Assembly (NCBI GenBank): GCA_951406725.2
Contig: OX597826.1
Location: forward strand, 29,326,001-29,390,000
From: Octopus vulgaris
Taxonomy: Eukaryota
Reading direction: 5' to 3'
DNA length: 64,000 nt
Numbering within the stretch: position 1 is the first letter of the stretch; each line of letters opens with the position of its first letter. Below the pieces are notes generated by a model. The model did no database searches. It was not told the DNA's origin and saw nothing but the letters and a program-made list of their open reading frames with translations. Shown here piece after piece: positions 1-14,565 of the stretch. Made by a program: the position numbers and the translations under genes.

Positions 1-420
1 ACCCAGTAAGCTGCTCTGGCAACAATTACGCTCAGATGGTGCTTTTAGCACTCCACTAACAAGGCTGCCAGTCATCAAATTTGATTTCGATTTCACTTAC
101 CTCAACAGGTTTTCTCAAGCAGAATTTAGTGTGCAATGAAGGAAAAGTGTGCATAAGTGGGCTGGTTACATCCCTGGCATAGGCCACGGTTTATGGCCTC
201 ACTTGGCTTGCCGGGTCTTCTCAAGCACAGCATATTTCCAAAGGTCTTGGTCACTAGCGAGAGGCCCTTTGTCACCAGCAGAGGTAAGAGCTCTCTGAAC
301 TTTGCCCAGGCTATTCTTATTCTAGCAGCTACACTTTCAGTGCACCCACCCCTGCTACTAACTTGGTCGCCTAGGTAACGGAAGCTATCAACTATTTTAG
401 TTTTTCTCCCTGGAATGTGG
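1..420 (-). mobile_element. RTE LINE fragment with internal deletion
   Basis: 260-420 matches the RT C-terminal region (RIRIAWAKFRELLPLLVTKGL) and is joined directly to the ORF end (DLW) and 3' UTR. Confidence 0.8.
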
Positions 421-686
421 CAGAGCGAAAAACCATGCCATGATAGAATGGTTTTTTAACTGCATGTCACAACACCTTCTTGATGTGTCAATGATAATTT
501 CTAGGTGTGGCATGGAATTAATCAAACGTAATAAGTATTTCCAGATATTTGACTTTCAAGTTCATTTGAGATCTGACATGTCTGCATGTGACTGGTGGCA
601 TGATACTAATTGCTGACACAACATAATGCGTCATGTGTTGCCATTATGAAAAACAGAAAACTCCGCTCTATAGTCTTTAGAAAAAA

Positions 687-3600
687 AAGAACTTTTGCAC
701 TTGCATTCATCTCATCACCTGACACTTTACCTGTGACGAAAGAGTCACAATATTTCCTCAATCTCACCTGATTATCTACAGTCAGTGTTCATAAATGCAT
801 GTCTTTACACCTGATGAAATAGTCACAAGACATTCTCCCCTTCTCTTACAGACACAGGTGACGCAGGTATGTCTAGGTATTCATTGTACTTTAGCTGCGC
901 ACATTTCATCTGATGTAGAAACAGGTGATATTGGCCATCAAGGGCAAAGAATCAGGTGACTGTGTGTGGGTGTTGGGAATAGGTGGTGTTGGGTGGGTGT
1001 GGGAGATGTCGTGACTCTTTGATCTGGAGCAGATCAGCTGATCGGTGGGATTGGTTCTTCATATGGAAAGAGATATCATCATCATCATCATGTTATTCAT
1101 TTTCCCATGCTTGCATGCCGTCATTGTCATCGTCGTCATCATTATCATTTAACGTTCATTCTTCATGCTGGCATGGGTTGGATGGTTTGGCAGGAGCTGG
1201 TAAACCGGAAGCCTGCATCAGGCTCCAGTTATCTGTTTCGGCATGGTTTCCATGGCTGGATGTCTTTCCCAATGCCTATAACTTCACAAAGTGTACTGGG
1301 TGCTTTGGACGTAGCACCATCACTGGCACTTTTTACATGGCCTGGCATGGGTGCCTCTTACGTGGCACTGGCACTAGGTGCTTTTCACTCGGCACCAGTA
1401 CGGGTGCTTTTCTATAGGGCTGTAGCATGTCAGACAAAATCCATTGAGGAATGTTTTCTATCGCCTGATGCTCCTCCTGTCACCATTCTTTTGTCTGCTG
1501 CTAAGCAAAATAATATTTCTTCCAGTCTTCTGGACACAATGTTATGGTCTTATGTTTCCATGGAAAACTGCACAAATGATACTGCTTATATGATGGTACT
1601 GGTGCGCAATGTGAGGACGAGGTGACACAGGTGTGCGCACGCAAACACACACACACTCACAGATTCATAGATATGTATTTCTTTATTGCCCACAGGGGGG
1701 GGGGCTAAACATAGAGGGGACAAACAAGGACGAACAAAGGGATTGTCAATTACATCAACTCCAGGGTGTAACTGGTACTTATTTAATCAACCCCAAAAGG
1801 ATGAAAGGCAAAGTCAACTTCGGCGGAATTTGAAATTGAATATAATGGTAGACAAAATGCTGCCAGGCATTTCGCCTGGCATGCTAATGATTCTGAAAAC
1901 TCGCTGCCCTACACAGATTCATATATCATCATCATCATTTTTCATCCACTTTTCCATGCTCACATCGGTTGGGCAGAATTTTGTTGAGGCATATCTTCCA
2001 CAGGTAGTTGCCCATTCTGTCACCAACCCTCACCTGTTTCCAAGCAAGGTAGTATTCCCTGTGACCAGACACATCTTGGAAGATTGGAAATTTAGAACAC
2101 TGCTTGCATGACAGTGATACTCATTTGCAACAGGATTCTTTCAGTTTCCCTCGAATAAATCTGTTCACATTGGTTGACCTAGGGCTATTGTAGGAGACGC
2201 TTGGTCAAGGTTCCGTGTTGTGGAACTGAACCTGAAATCACAGGTTCTGAACCACAAGGCTACGTACGTAACTTTTATTGTAAGTAGACCTAAATATCCA
2301 CACTAACACACCTGTTATAATTCTTTATCTCAATTGGAATGTATGTGGAAGTATTTAGAATACCCAAACTTATTTCTGCAAATGTGCTAAGCACTGATGC
2401 TGATCATAGTTTAATTAATAAATGTGGGTGCAAGGTTAATGCAGGAAAAATAGGGGTTGGGGTTAGTGGGGCCCCATTTAACCCTTTTGTTACCATATTT
2501 CTGTTGAAATGCTCTGTGTTTCTTTCAACTAATAAGTAAAATTAAAAAAAGTATTTATTTATAAGTATATATGAAATGGTAAGAACTTTTGCACTTGCAT
2601 TCATCTCATCACCTGACACTTTACCTGTGACGAAAGCGTCACAATATTTCCTCAATCTCACCTGATTTTCTACAGTCAATGTTCAGTAATGCATGTCTTT
2701 ACACGTGATGAAAAAGTCACAAGACATTCTCCCCCTCCCCTTCTCTTACAGACACAGGTGACACAGGTATGTCTAGGTATTCATCGTATTTTAGCTGCGC
2801 CATTTCATCTGATGTAGAAACAGGTGATATTGGCCATCGAGGGCAAAGAATCAGGTGACTGTGTGTGGGTGTTGGGAATAGGTGGTGTTGGGTGGGTGTG
2901 GGAGATGTCGTGACTCTTTGATCTGGAGCAGATCAGCTGATCGGTGGGATTGGTTCTTCATATGGAAAGAGATACCATCATCATCATCATGTTATTCATT
3001 TTCCCATGCTTGCATGCCGTCATTGTCATCGTCGTCATCATTATCATTTAACGTTCATTCTTCATGCTGGCATGGGTTGGATGGTTTGGCAGGAGCTGGT
3101 AAACCGGAAGCCTGCATCAGGCTCCAGTTATCTGTTTCGGCATGGTTTCCATGGCTGGATGTCTTTCCCAATGCCTACAACTTCACAAAGTGTACTGGGT
3201 GCTTTGTATGTAGCACCATCACTGGTACTTTTTACATGGCCTGGCATGGGTGCCTCTTACGTGGCACTGGCACTAGGTGCTTTTCACTCGGCACCAGTAC
3301 GGGTGCTTTTCTATAGGGCTGTAGCATGTCAGACAAAATCCATTGAGGAATGTTTTCTAACGCCTGATGCTCCTCCTGTCACCATTCTTTTGTCTGCTGC
3401 TAAGCAAAATAATATTTCTTCCAGTCTTCTGGACACAATGTTATGGTCTTATGTTTCCATGGAAAACTGCACAAATGATACTGCTTATATGATGGTACTG
3501 GTGCGCAATGTGAGGACAAGGTGACACACGTGTGCACACGCAAACACACACACACTCACAGATTCATAGATATGTATTTCTTTATTGCCCACGGGGGGGG

Positions 3601-4433
3601 GGGGGCTAAACCTAGAGGGGTCAAACAAGGACGAACAAAGGGATTATCAATTACATCAACCCCAGGGTGTAACTGATTACTTATTTAATCAACCCCAAAA
3701 GGATGAAAGGCAAAGTCAACTTCGGCAGAATTTGAAATTGGAATATAATGGTAGACAAAATGCTGCTAGGCATTTCGCCTGGCATGCTAATGATTCTGAA
3801 AACTCGCTGCCCTACACAGATTCATATATCATCATCATCATTTTTCATCCACTTTTCCATGCTCACATCGGTTGGGCAGAATTTTGTTGAGGCATATCTT
3901 CCACAGGTAGTTGCCCATTCTGTCAGCAACCCTCACCTGTTTCCAAGCAAGGTAGTATTCCCTGTGACCAGACATATCTTGGAAGATTGGAAATTTAGAA
4001 CACCGCTTGCATGACAGTGATACTCATTTGCAACAGGATTCTTTCAGTTTCCCTCGAATAAATCTGTTCATATTGGTTGACCTAAGGCTATTGTAGGAGA
4101 CGCTTGGTCAAGGTTCCGTGTTGTGGAACTGAACCTGAAATCACAAGTTCTGAACCACAAGGCTACGTACGTAACTTTTATTGTAAGTAGACCTAAATAT
4201 CCACATTAACACACCTGTTATAATTCTTTATCTCAACTGGAATGTATGTGGAAGTATTTAGAATACCCAAACTTATTTCTGCAAATGTGCTAAGCACTGA
4301 TGCTGATCATAGTTTAATTAATAAATGTAGGTGCAAGGTTAATGCAGGAAAAATAGGGGTTGGGGTCAGTGGGGCCCCATTTAACCCTTTTGTTACCATA
4401 TTTCTGTTGAGATGCTCTGTGTTTCTTTTAACT
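687..4433. repeat. About 1.9 kb near-identical tandem duplication (687-2531 / 2581-4433)
   Basis: Collinear copies with scattered substitutions and small indels (roughly 98% identity by eye); duplicated ORF-track entries. Confidence 0.95.
716..958. promoter_or_regulatory. Candidate regulatory element: homotypic CAGGTG/CACCTG (E2-box) cluster, duplicated at about 2610-2857
   Basis: Six E2-boxes in 243 bp of apparently non-repeat sequence. Confidence 0.35.
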
Positions 4434-4595
4434 ATAATAAAGAATTTAGTAAAATAACTTAGTTATCATTAAGCTAATGTTAGGAACATAAATTTTGACT
4501 ATGCTTGGTGGAAAATTTTAATTCAAAACTTATGAAAACAAGACATTTGTACTACGGAGCCAGAGGCGGTTTCAGGCGGGTTGGTATCAAAAGGG
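4385..4595. mobile_element. piggyBac-like MITE with TTAA target-site duplication
   Basis: TTAA at 4381-4384 and 4596-4599; terminal inverted repeats CCCTTTTG(T/A)TACCA (13/14 match). Related copies near 7567-7785, 55042-55271 and 56213-56426. Confidence 0.85.
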
Positions 4596-6484
4596 TTAAG
4601 CAGCTCTTCAGAAATTGAATCTCCTTATAATACTCTCTGGGAGTTTTTGGTTTGAAATTCATTGTCATTGCTTCAATTTGTTTGCCAATGCCATTATTTA
4701 GTTTAAAATGCAGTAAAAATAGGGGGCGGGGGGTCAGTGGGGCCCCAATTAGGCACCCTTAAAAAAATAGACACCCTTAGGACATTTCCTGGAGTTAGGG
4801 GTGTTACTGGTTTGAGTTACGTTGTCCTTGCACCAGCAGTCTAGGAAGATTTAACAAGTGTAAAAACATAACGGACAGAGAAACATCACTCAAATTTATA
4901 ATAGGATTACTGTATTGAACATCAAGTTTTAAACCCTTCTTGTCATATGAGTTTCTAGATATTGTTCACAGTAGTTTCAAATTTGAGAGTTGGTGAGGGG
5001 CTCTCTGTCCCCTTGCTAGCCTCAATTGGTACTTTTTTTTTCTTTTTTTCCCTTTTTTTTTTCTCTTCTAACAACTCCACAGTTTGCAGAACAGTGAGCA
5101 AGTCCTTGAGTCCTTAGTAATCAACCAAACAGCCTTCTTTCAGAAGTGATCTCAGAACCTTTGTTCTCATCATCATTACCATCATTTAATATCCATTTTT
5201 CCATGCTGGCATGGGTTGAATAGTTTGGCTGGAGCTGGTATGGCCAAGGGTCGCACCAGGCTCCAATTGTCTATTTTGACATGGTTTCTACAGTCCCCTT
5301 CCTAGCACCAACCACTTTTCAGAGTGTACTAGGTGCTTTCCATGTGGAATTAGCACCAGTGCTTTTTATGTGGCACCTCTGTGAAATAATAATTTAATAT
5401 GACAGCGCATTCAAGATCTTGTAAGTTTAGTTAGTGGAGATGTTGTGATGTTCTTACATTTTCCAACAGAATTAAGTGTCGAAATAAAACAGCGCCAGCT
5501 GGGAATTGAAGACGGGTGGCGATGCGCTCTTGACTGTCCGGTGGCTTAACCTCTTGTTCTATGGCGCTTGCCAGCTTTTCTTTGGAAATGTTGCTTGTGA
5601 TTTGTGTAGGAAGAACAGCTGCTGGCTTTAGTAACTAGAATCACAATAGTATTGTAGTATTAGTAGTAATAGCAGCAGTGCTGGTGATAGTAGTAGTAGT
5701 AGTAGTAGTAGCATCTGTGACTACTATTGTAATAGAAGCAACAGTCTTTGTGGTAGTAGTAGCAGTAGTAGTAAGCATTGTTTTTGTTGGTGCTACTAAT
5801 CATTGCAACTCAGTCGTGAATTGTTTTACTTTTACTATATTTATGGATTTTTCATGTGTGTGTGTGTGTGTGTTCAGTTGGCCGTCTGGTGTATATCTTT
5901 CTGCCACACACACACACACATCACATATACAAACTATATAAAGTGGATATTCATCTCCTCCTCCCTTCTCACGTCATCACTTTCTCACTCTCTCTTTCTC
6001 TCTCTCCTCACCACACTACTACCATCTATGTGGAGTCTTATGAATGAATGAACAATGAAACTAACCTGAATGAATGAATGAGTTTACAAAATAAGCACAC
6101 ATGCAAAAAAAAAATAATGAAGATATATTTGGTTGGGTGAACCATCTCCTCTCCCCTCTCATCTTTTCTATTTACGTCACTTTTCATCTAATTTTTCTAA
6201 CCCCCCACCCCAACCCACTGCCTCTTATTTTGTGGTCAAAAAAAACCCATTCATTTTTATTACATTTTATGTATATTTTTTCCAATACGTAAAATCTGTC
6301 ACCATTTGGTCTGTGACCGTAAAATATTCCACTTGTTCATCTACTACCTTTCTCCAATTATTTCTCTACTTTCATGTCTAGCCAAAGAAGGGGACCCTCC
6401 ATGCAACCCACAATAGCCCAGCCTGTTATAATTGGCAACCAAATCTCCTTCAAATCTTAACCCCCCTCCTCTAACTTTTACCTT

Positions 6485-6485
<1 letters not shown>

Positions 6486-6556
<71 letters not shown>

Positions 6557-7045
6557 CGCCATCCATCTTATCTTGTATTGAACTCAGTGTCTCATCTCTG
6601 TCTCTTTATAAACCTGTCTGTCTAATCTGTATAGCTCTGTAAATCTCTTTCAACATAAGTAACAGTCTCTTTCTCTATCTGTCTATCTACTTATCCATCT
6701 ATCTACCTACCTGCCTATCTACCTACCTGCCTATCTATCTACCTACCTACCTATATATCTACCTACCTACCTATCTATCTATCTACCTACCTATCTACCT
6801 ATCTATCTACCTACCTGTCTGTCTATCTACCTACCTATCTAATCTATCTAGCTATCTATCTCCCCTTCTCTCTCTCTCTCTATCAACAAATTTCTCATCT
6901 TTTCCTGTTAGAGCTCATCAGTTCCTCTCCATCCCATTTCTCTTTCTTCTTTCACTATATCTCTTCTTCATCTTCTTTCTCACACTTTCTCTTGTATTTC
7001 TTTCCCCCTCTCTATCTTTCATCCTCTTTCTCTCCTCCTACTCCT
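6486..7045. repeat. (TC)n(TA)n, (CTAT/CTAC)n and polypyrimidine tract
   Basis: Directly visible. Confidence 0.93.
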
Positions 7046-8984
7046 CTAGTAACCAAACTACCAGTCATACCATATAACTAACCCATATGTGCAACTATAG
7101 CCAAAATGGCTAATAGGTCTGTCTCACAGTCCTACAGTTCTAGGTTCAATCCCACTTCGCAATGTCATCATCATTTTAACATCCACATTTCTGTCGATAC
7201 AAATATTCTACAGCTGGATGCTCTTCCTGTCACCAGCCCTCACCTTTTCCCAAGCAAAGTAATATTTGCCCTAGCCAGGCATATTCTGCCACAGAAGACT
7301 AGAAATGAACAAAACCTGAATGGTACTGATGTATGTTTACATCCATCACGTGATGGCATGACATGAGTATGCACACACACACACACAGCAGACTTCTTTT
7401 CATTTCCTTCTGCCAAATCCACTCACCAAGGCTATAGTAGAAGACGCTAGCTCAAGGTGCAACACAGTAGGACTGAACCTAGAACCATGTGGTTAGGAAG
7501 CAAGCTTTTCAAACACACACACTGTTCTTCTGTAATTTTGGGCCATCCCAAGCCTCATACGTAGAATTAACCCTTTTGTTTCCATATTTCTCTTCAAATA
7601 TGCTGCCTCTTCTTCATTTAGTTTTGAAATTGATGAAGAATTTAGTAAAAATGACTTTTTTTGTTATTAAGCTGGTGTTTAGAGCAAATATTAACCTGAA
7701 ATTTTGATGAAAGGTTTCAATTTTGGTCCCATTAAAACAGGAAGTTTGTATTATAGAACCAGGAACAGTCTTGGATAGGTTTAGGTAGAGGGATCCTCTG
7801 GAAGGTTGGTAACTGGATAGCATCATCGTCATCATCATCTTCTTTTAATATATCCTTCCATGTTAAGGCTGTGAGCTGGCAGAAATGTTAGCTCGCCGGG
7901 TGAAATGCTTAGCGGTATTTCGTCTCTCTTTACGTTATGAGTTCAAATTCCGACGAGGTCGACTTTACCTTTCCTCCTTTCAGGGTTGATAAATTAAGTA
8001 CCAGTTGCATACTGGGGATCAATCTAATCGACTGCCCCTATCCCTCAAATTTCAGGCCTTGTGTCTAAAGTTAAAAAAAAGATATCCATCTTCCATGCTG
8101 GCATGGGTTGGGCAGGATGCAGCAAGTTGCTCCAGCACTTGCTTTGGTATAGTTTGTACTGCTTGATGGCCTTCCTAATGCCAACCACTTCAAAGTGTGT
8201 ACTGAGTGCTCTTTCATGCTGTTGGCATGAACAAGGTCACCAAGTTACTTGCAAAAAAACAAAATAAAAAAAAAAGTCCTCAACTGAGTGAGTGTGAGTG
8301 AATATTTGAGATTGGCGATGGCTATATGCCAGGTGTTGAGAGGCAATGGTATGACAGAGAGACAAGAATAGGTGTTTTGCTATGAAAGTGTTAAAGGAGT
8401 TTTTCTGTGGGCAGCAGCAGATCTGAATGAGTTCCTCGACCCTGGTGTAAATGCTTCCATGTTGTCTCAAAAGGCGAAAAGTATCATACGTTAATATCCA
8501 GTGTTAAGAGAATGAGTTGACCCCAGTTCATTACTGGTGCTTGAAGCACATTAATGGCAAAGTCAGTGATGCATGGATTTTATACTCGGATTGTGAGGTC
8601 AGCATTAAATAGTGTCATTTAAAATTGTGCTTTACAATTTTACCAATAATAATAATAACAACTGTTTCTACTCTAGGCACAAGGCCCGAATTTTAGGGGA
8701 GAGGGCCAGTCAATTAGATTGACCCCAATACACAACTGGTACTTAATTTATCAACCCCAAAAGGATGAAAGCAAAGTTGACCTTGGCGGAATTTGAACTC
8801 AGAACATAAAGACAGACGAAATCCAGCTAAGCATTTCGCTCGACATGCTAACATTTCTGCCTGTTCGCAGCCTTAGCCAGGAGTTGCTGGGACAGAAATT
8901 AAAATGGTAGTGTTGGGGTACTACAGTGAACTCACAAGGTGGGCATAAGAGAGAGGATATTGATAATGGAACAGAAAACAAAGT

Positions 8985-9300
8985 TTGATAAGTGGTAAGG
9001 GTGTCTGGCTTATGATCGTATGGTTGTGAGTTCAATTCCTGGTGGTGTGTTGTGTCCTTGAGCAAGACACTTTATTTCATATTGCTTCAGTCCACTCAGC
9101 TGGCAAAAATGAGTTGTACCTGTAATTCAAAGGGGCCAGCATTGTCAGATTATATGTCATGCTGAATCTCCCCAGGAACACTGTTAAGGGTACATGTGTC
9201 TGTGGAGTGCTCGGCCACTTGCATGTTAATTTCACGATGAAGCTGCTCCGTTCATCGGATCAACTGGAACCCCTATGGTCATAATGGGTAGAACACCAGT
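8985..9300 (+). mobile_element. Family-C tRNA-derived SINE
   Basis: AGTGGTAAGGGTGTCTGGCT...GAGTTCAATTCC head, then GTGTCCTTGAGCAAGACACTTTATTTCA...CCACTCAGCTGGCAAAAATGAG. Related copies near 12285, 31010, 33490, 34040, 46090, 49860, 55340 and 63010. Confidence 0.75.
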
Positions 9301-10859
9301 TTTAAGTGTGTGTGAGAGAGTTAGAGATGGAGGAAGAGGTGAGTGTGAAGAAGGGTGGGGTGGGGTTGTAGGTGAGGTGGTGGGGGAGGGTCTTTTAATC
9401 GATAGGGTTAGACTTGGTGCTCGCGGTGCTATCCTGGTTCCATCCGAAGATTACTTTCAAGGTAGACGCATCTTGAATATGCAGCCACATAGCCTCTGGC
9501 CTCTTATACAATACCGAGTCTACCTGATGATTAATTTAAGGTCCAAAACATCTGTGAGATACTCAGCCATTCGAGGCACAGAAGTTTGTAGAAAGCATCC
9601 TGTAAGATGCACTGCACTAGAAAATCAGTGAACCTGCCTTGTCACTGACAGTTAAGGCTCCCAGTGTGACTGTGGAATACTCAGGCACCTGCTATAAGCT
9701 ATAGCACTCCTAATTCACTGAGTGGCCTGTTACGTTGACTGAACTACTGGAAAGCTCGTTGTCGAAACAAGACGCAAGATCCATCACAACTAATGCATCA
9801 TTTCCTATACTTTGTGGTTGTATTCCATCTGTAAGTACATTTTACTGGGAGTTAAATGCTTGTGATGTGACTGCTGCTGCTGCTGCTACTACTGCTTGTT
9901 ATTGCTACTGCTACTATTACTGCTATTGTTGCATCCGGTGCACCTGAACTGCATGCTGTGTGTGTGTGGTGTGAGGTATGCATGTGTGTTGTACTGTTTC
10001 GATATGTGCTTGGATCGTTGCGTGTGTGTATGTGAGAAAGATCGAGAGAGAGAGAGACCTTTTAAGTGTGAGATTGTATGTGAGTGTAAATACACCTTGC
10101 AAATTTTATACTGATTGTGTGTGTGTGTGTATGTGTGTGTGACTGCATCTGTTAAATAAACGTGTTGCAGTTATTTAGCTTACTAAATTATATATCATGT
10201 TTGCGTGTGTGACAGAGCCAGTATACAACCATACAGGTATGTGTATCCAACAACAAAAATTCATGTATAGAGCCATGTGAATGGATACAAAATATATATG
10301 TAACGTGCATACAGTATGTGTGTACATTCGCTCACATGCACGTGCATGTGTAAAGTATATAAGTATATACATGTGTATAACAGATGAACTGAGTCGGGTG
10401 TGTATACTGTTGTATGTGTACACCTGAGCACATAGGCATATGTGGAACAAATGCCAGTGTGTCTATAGATTTGTATATGTGCACAATGAGGCTTGCATAT
10501 GTTGTAAGGTGTGTGTGTGTGTATGGCTATCAAATGTAGAGTTAAGACTATTTAAATAGATGTGTTATGTGTGTGTATATATATTCACATGTACATACAC
10601 ACAGGTGGGTAGGTGTCGGTGTAGACAACCAACAAGTGTTATACTAGTCTCTACTAATTGTGTAACAGGTGTGTGTGTGTGTGTGTACCTGCTTGTCTGA
10701 CTGTCTGTCCAACAATTAAAGCATTTAATCTTTCACTAATTGAATAATAGACATATGTATATATGTCAATAATTGTTCTTGTGTGTCTGTATGTACTTCT
10801 GTGTATCTGTGTTTACCTTACCAACAGTTGTTATATTAAGCCTCACAAATTGTATAATA

Positions 10860-11500
<641 letters not shown>

Positions 11501-12529
11501 AACAGCAAGTGCTCTATTAATCTTCTCTAATTCTCCTCATTAACATAGATTGATTTTTCTCCCAATCTTATTTCTTGTTATTTTCTCTCTTTCTTAGCTT
11601 AGCCTCTATTTCTACTTCAATCCAGTCAAGTAAAGCATTTCGATTATCTCCCTTCCTGTCTCTCACCACATCCTCCTCCTCCGCCTGCCATCTTCGTCTT
11701 CTGCGTGTGTTCTTTTAGTCCTTCGTTTGCTTCTACACAGTGGACTGTGGCCATGCTGGAGTACCACCTTCAAGGCTATTTGTCAATCAGTTTGGCTCCA
11801 GTATTTATTTTAGTCCATTCTTTAGTCAAAGAAATCAACACCCAGGACTTATACTTTGTAAGCCTAGTACTTATTCTATTGTTCACTTTTGCCAAAATGC
11901 TAAGTTACGGGGACGTAAACGCACCAACATCGGCTGTCAAGCGATGGTGATGGGGTGGGGAGACAAATACACACGCGCACACACATATTTGTGTATATGC
12001 GGCAGGCTTCTTTCAGTTTCCATCTACCAAATCCACTCTCAAGGTTTTGGTCTGCTTGAGGCTATAGTAAAAGAGACTTGCCCAAGGTGCCACGCAAAGG
12101 GACTGAACCTGGAACCGTGTGGTTGGCAAGCAAGCTACTTAACACACAGCCACTCCTGCGCCTCTTTTTATTTATCAAATGGCTAAGTTACCACATGTCC
12201 TACAAAGATGCCACATGGTATACAAGACTTATACAAATGAACATATATACATGTTCATGTGTTTGTGTGCATAGTGAAAACATGTGGCTTAGTGGTTATG
12301 GTGGACTGTGTCCTTGAGCAAGACTCTTTAGTTCACGTTTCTCCAGTATATTCGGCATAGCAAAAATGAGTTGTACCTGTAATGCATTCTGGGTGTCACT
12401 CTGAATCTCCCTGAGAACTTTAAGATTATGCGTGTCTGTGGAGTACTCTGCCACTTACTGGAAACCTTGTTGTTGCAACTGATGGAGTACCAGTTTGTAT
12501 TTAGTCAAATATCAACCTTTTGTTTCTCT

Positions 12530-12566
<37 letters not shown>

Positions 12567-12804
12567 GTAACATCCTTTCTTTCCATGCCTGCATGGATCA
12601 AATGGAATTGGTTAAGGTAGATTTTTCTGCAACCAGGTACCTTTCTTATTGCCAAATCTCACCTCCTTTCTGAGCAAGATAATGTTTTTTTGTTTATGGA
12701 AGACTGGGAATAAACAACCTCGTTTGTATGACAGGGATGCTCATTTACAACCAGCATGATATCAAGATGAGGTTATACACACTCAGACGCACACGTATTA
12801 TATA

Positions 12805-14215
12805 ATCCTTTCTACTGCAGGCACAAGGCCTGAAATGGTGGGGGGGAGGCAGTTGGTTAGATCCACCCCGGTATGCAACTGGTACTTAATTTATCGACAC
12901 TGAAAGGATGAAAGGCAGAGTTGACCATGGCAGAATTTGAACTCAGAACGTAAAGACAGGAAATACTGCTAAGCATTTTGCCCAGCATGCTAACGATTCT
13001 GCCAGCTCGCCGTTACATGTATTGCATAATGATAATAATAATCATCTTTTTTCCTATATAGGCACAAGGCCTGAAATTTATGGGAGGGGAATAGTCAATT
13101 ATATTGACCTTAGTACTCGGCTGGTACTTATTTTATCGACCCAGAAAGGATGAAAGGCAAAATTTGAACTCTGTACACAAAGATGGACAAAATACCACTA
13201 TGCATTTTGGCACAAAGCCAGCAATTTTGGGAGTTGGGGGTGAGTCAATTACATCAGCCCCAGTACTTGGGGAATAAGCCGCCGGGTGAGATAGTGAAGA
13301 TGCCGACAACCGCTCGGTTCAAAGTCGCTCTTGACCAGAAATGGCATGAATACTACCCTGTACATAACTCCATGTCCCCTTACATGGCCTTGCTTTTTGA
13401 GCCAAAAAATTAACTTAACTTAACTAACTTAACTTTGCTGGTACTAATTCTATTGACTCTGTAAAGTCGATCATAGCAGAATTTGAACTTAGAACATAAG
13501 GACCGGCAAAAATGGTGTTAAGCATTTTGGCTGGTGTGCTAACAATTCTACCAGCTTGCAGCCTTAATAATAACAATAATAATAATAGTAATAATAATAG
13601 TAATAATCCTTTCTGCTATAGGCACAAGGCCTGAGATTTTGGGGGAGGGATGAGTCGATTACATTGACCCCGATACTCAAATGGTACTTAATTTATCGAC
13701 CCTGAAAGGATGAAAGGCAAAGTCTGCCTCTGCGGAATTTGAACTCAGAACATAAGGACAGACAAGATGCTGCTAAGCATTTTGCCCATCATGCTAATGA
13801 TTCTGCCAACTTGCCACCTTAATAATAATAATAATAATAATCCTTTCTACTGAAGACACAAGGCCTGAAATTTTGGGGGAGGGGAGTAGTCAGTTACATC
13901 AACCCCAGTACTTGATTGGTACTTAGTTTATCAACCCTGGAAAGATGAAAGGCAAAATCGACCTCGGCAGAATTTGAACTCAGAACATAAAGATGGATAC
14001 AATGCTGCTAAGAATTTTGCCATCTTGCTGCCTGAATAATGATAATAATAATAATAATAACAATCCTTTCTACTATAGGCACAAGGCCTGAAATTTTGGG
14101 GGTGAGGCTAAGTCAGTAACATTGACCCCAATGCATAACTGGTACCTATTTTATCAACCCCAGAAGGATGAAAGGCAAAGTCAACCTCAGTGGAATTTGA
14201 ACTCAGAAGGTAGCA
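12805..14215 (-). mobile_element. Head-to-tail array of about 6 family-A SINEs (about 230 bp, (ATT)n tails)
   Basis: Repeated unit GGCAGCGAGCTGGCAGAATCGTTAG...GAGTTCAAATTCC...GCCTTTCATCCTTTCGGGGTCGATAAA...AGTACCAG...GGCCTTGTGCCT...(ATT)n. The central block resembles the Meta-SINE domain (from memory, unverified). Confidence 0.85.
13270..13436 (+). mobile_element. CR1/L2-type LINE 3' end with (TAACT)n tail, inserted into a SINE
   Basis: NKPPGEIVKMPTTARFKVALDQKW resembles the CR1 C-terminal WN-LP...FK--LD motif; short tandem-repeat tail. Confidence 0.65.
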
Positions 14216-14219
14216 ATGG

Positions 14220-14565
14220 GTGAATTATTTTATAATAAGAATCTTGTATACAGTGTTCAGGTGCACAACCACTCATCGAAAAATGTAACCAAGAATACCT
14301 GTACAGTACATAGAATAATGCGCAAAAAGACAAAGACGTGAACTGTAAATGTATACTATTGTGTAGTGTTAGCAAATTCTGGGAAGCATGGAAGTTTTGG
14401 AGGTTGTAGTGGCCTGACATCAATCAACTGAGGTAGTTTATTCCATGCTTCAGCAATTCTGAGCATGAAAAAATATTTCTGATTCATGCATGCTATGCTG
14501 CTTTCTGGTTTTGTAAGCATGCCCACAGGTGTTACGCATATGGAATTCAAAAAGGTGCCCGAGGT
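14220..14565 (-). mobile_element. CR1/L2-type LINE 3' fragment
   Basis: FFMLRIAEAWNKLPQ (FF--R----WN-LP motif) followed by UTR. Confidence 0.65.

Noticed and set aside
852-866. 15-nt micro-exon (ttacag ACACAGGTGACGCAG gtatgt)
   Set aside because: Splice-like signals are present, but there is no gene context or partner exon, and it does not match the missing PWP2 N-terminus.
983-3524. Duplicated 144-aa and 172-aa ORFs
   Set aside because: They run through an RTE 3' tail and simple repeats, show no recognisable domain, and are repeated only because of the tandem duplication.
9275-9950. 118-aa ORF, G-rich tract and unique sequence as a possible gene
   Set aside because: The ORF starts inside a SINE tail, with no recognisable protein similarity or consistent splice signals. 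It could be regulatory or non-coding, but the sequence alone does not support a call.
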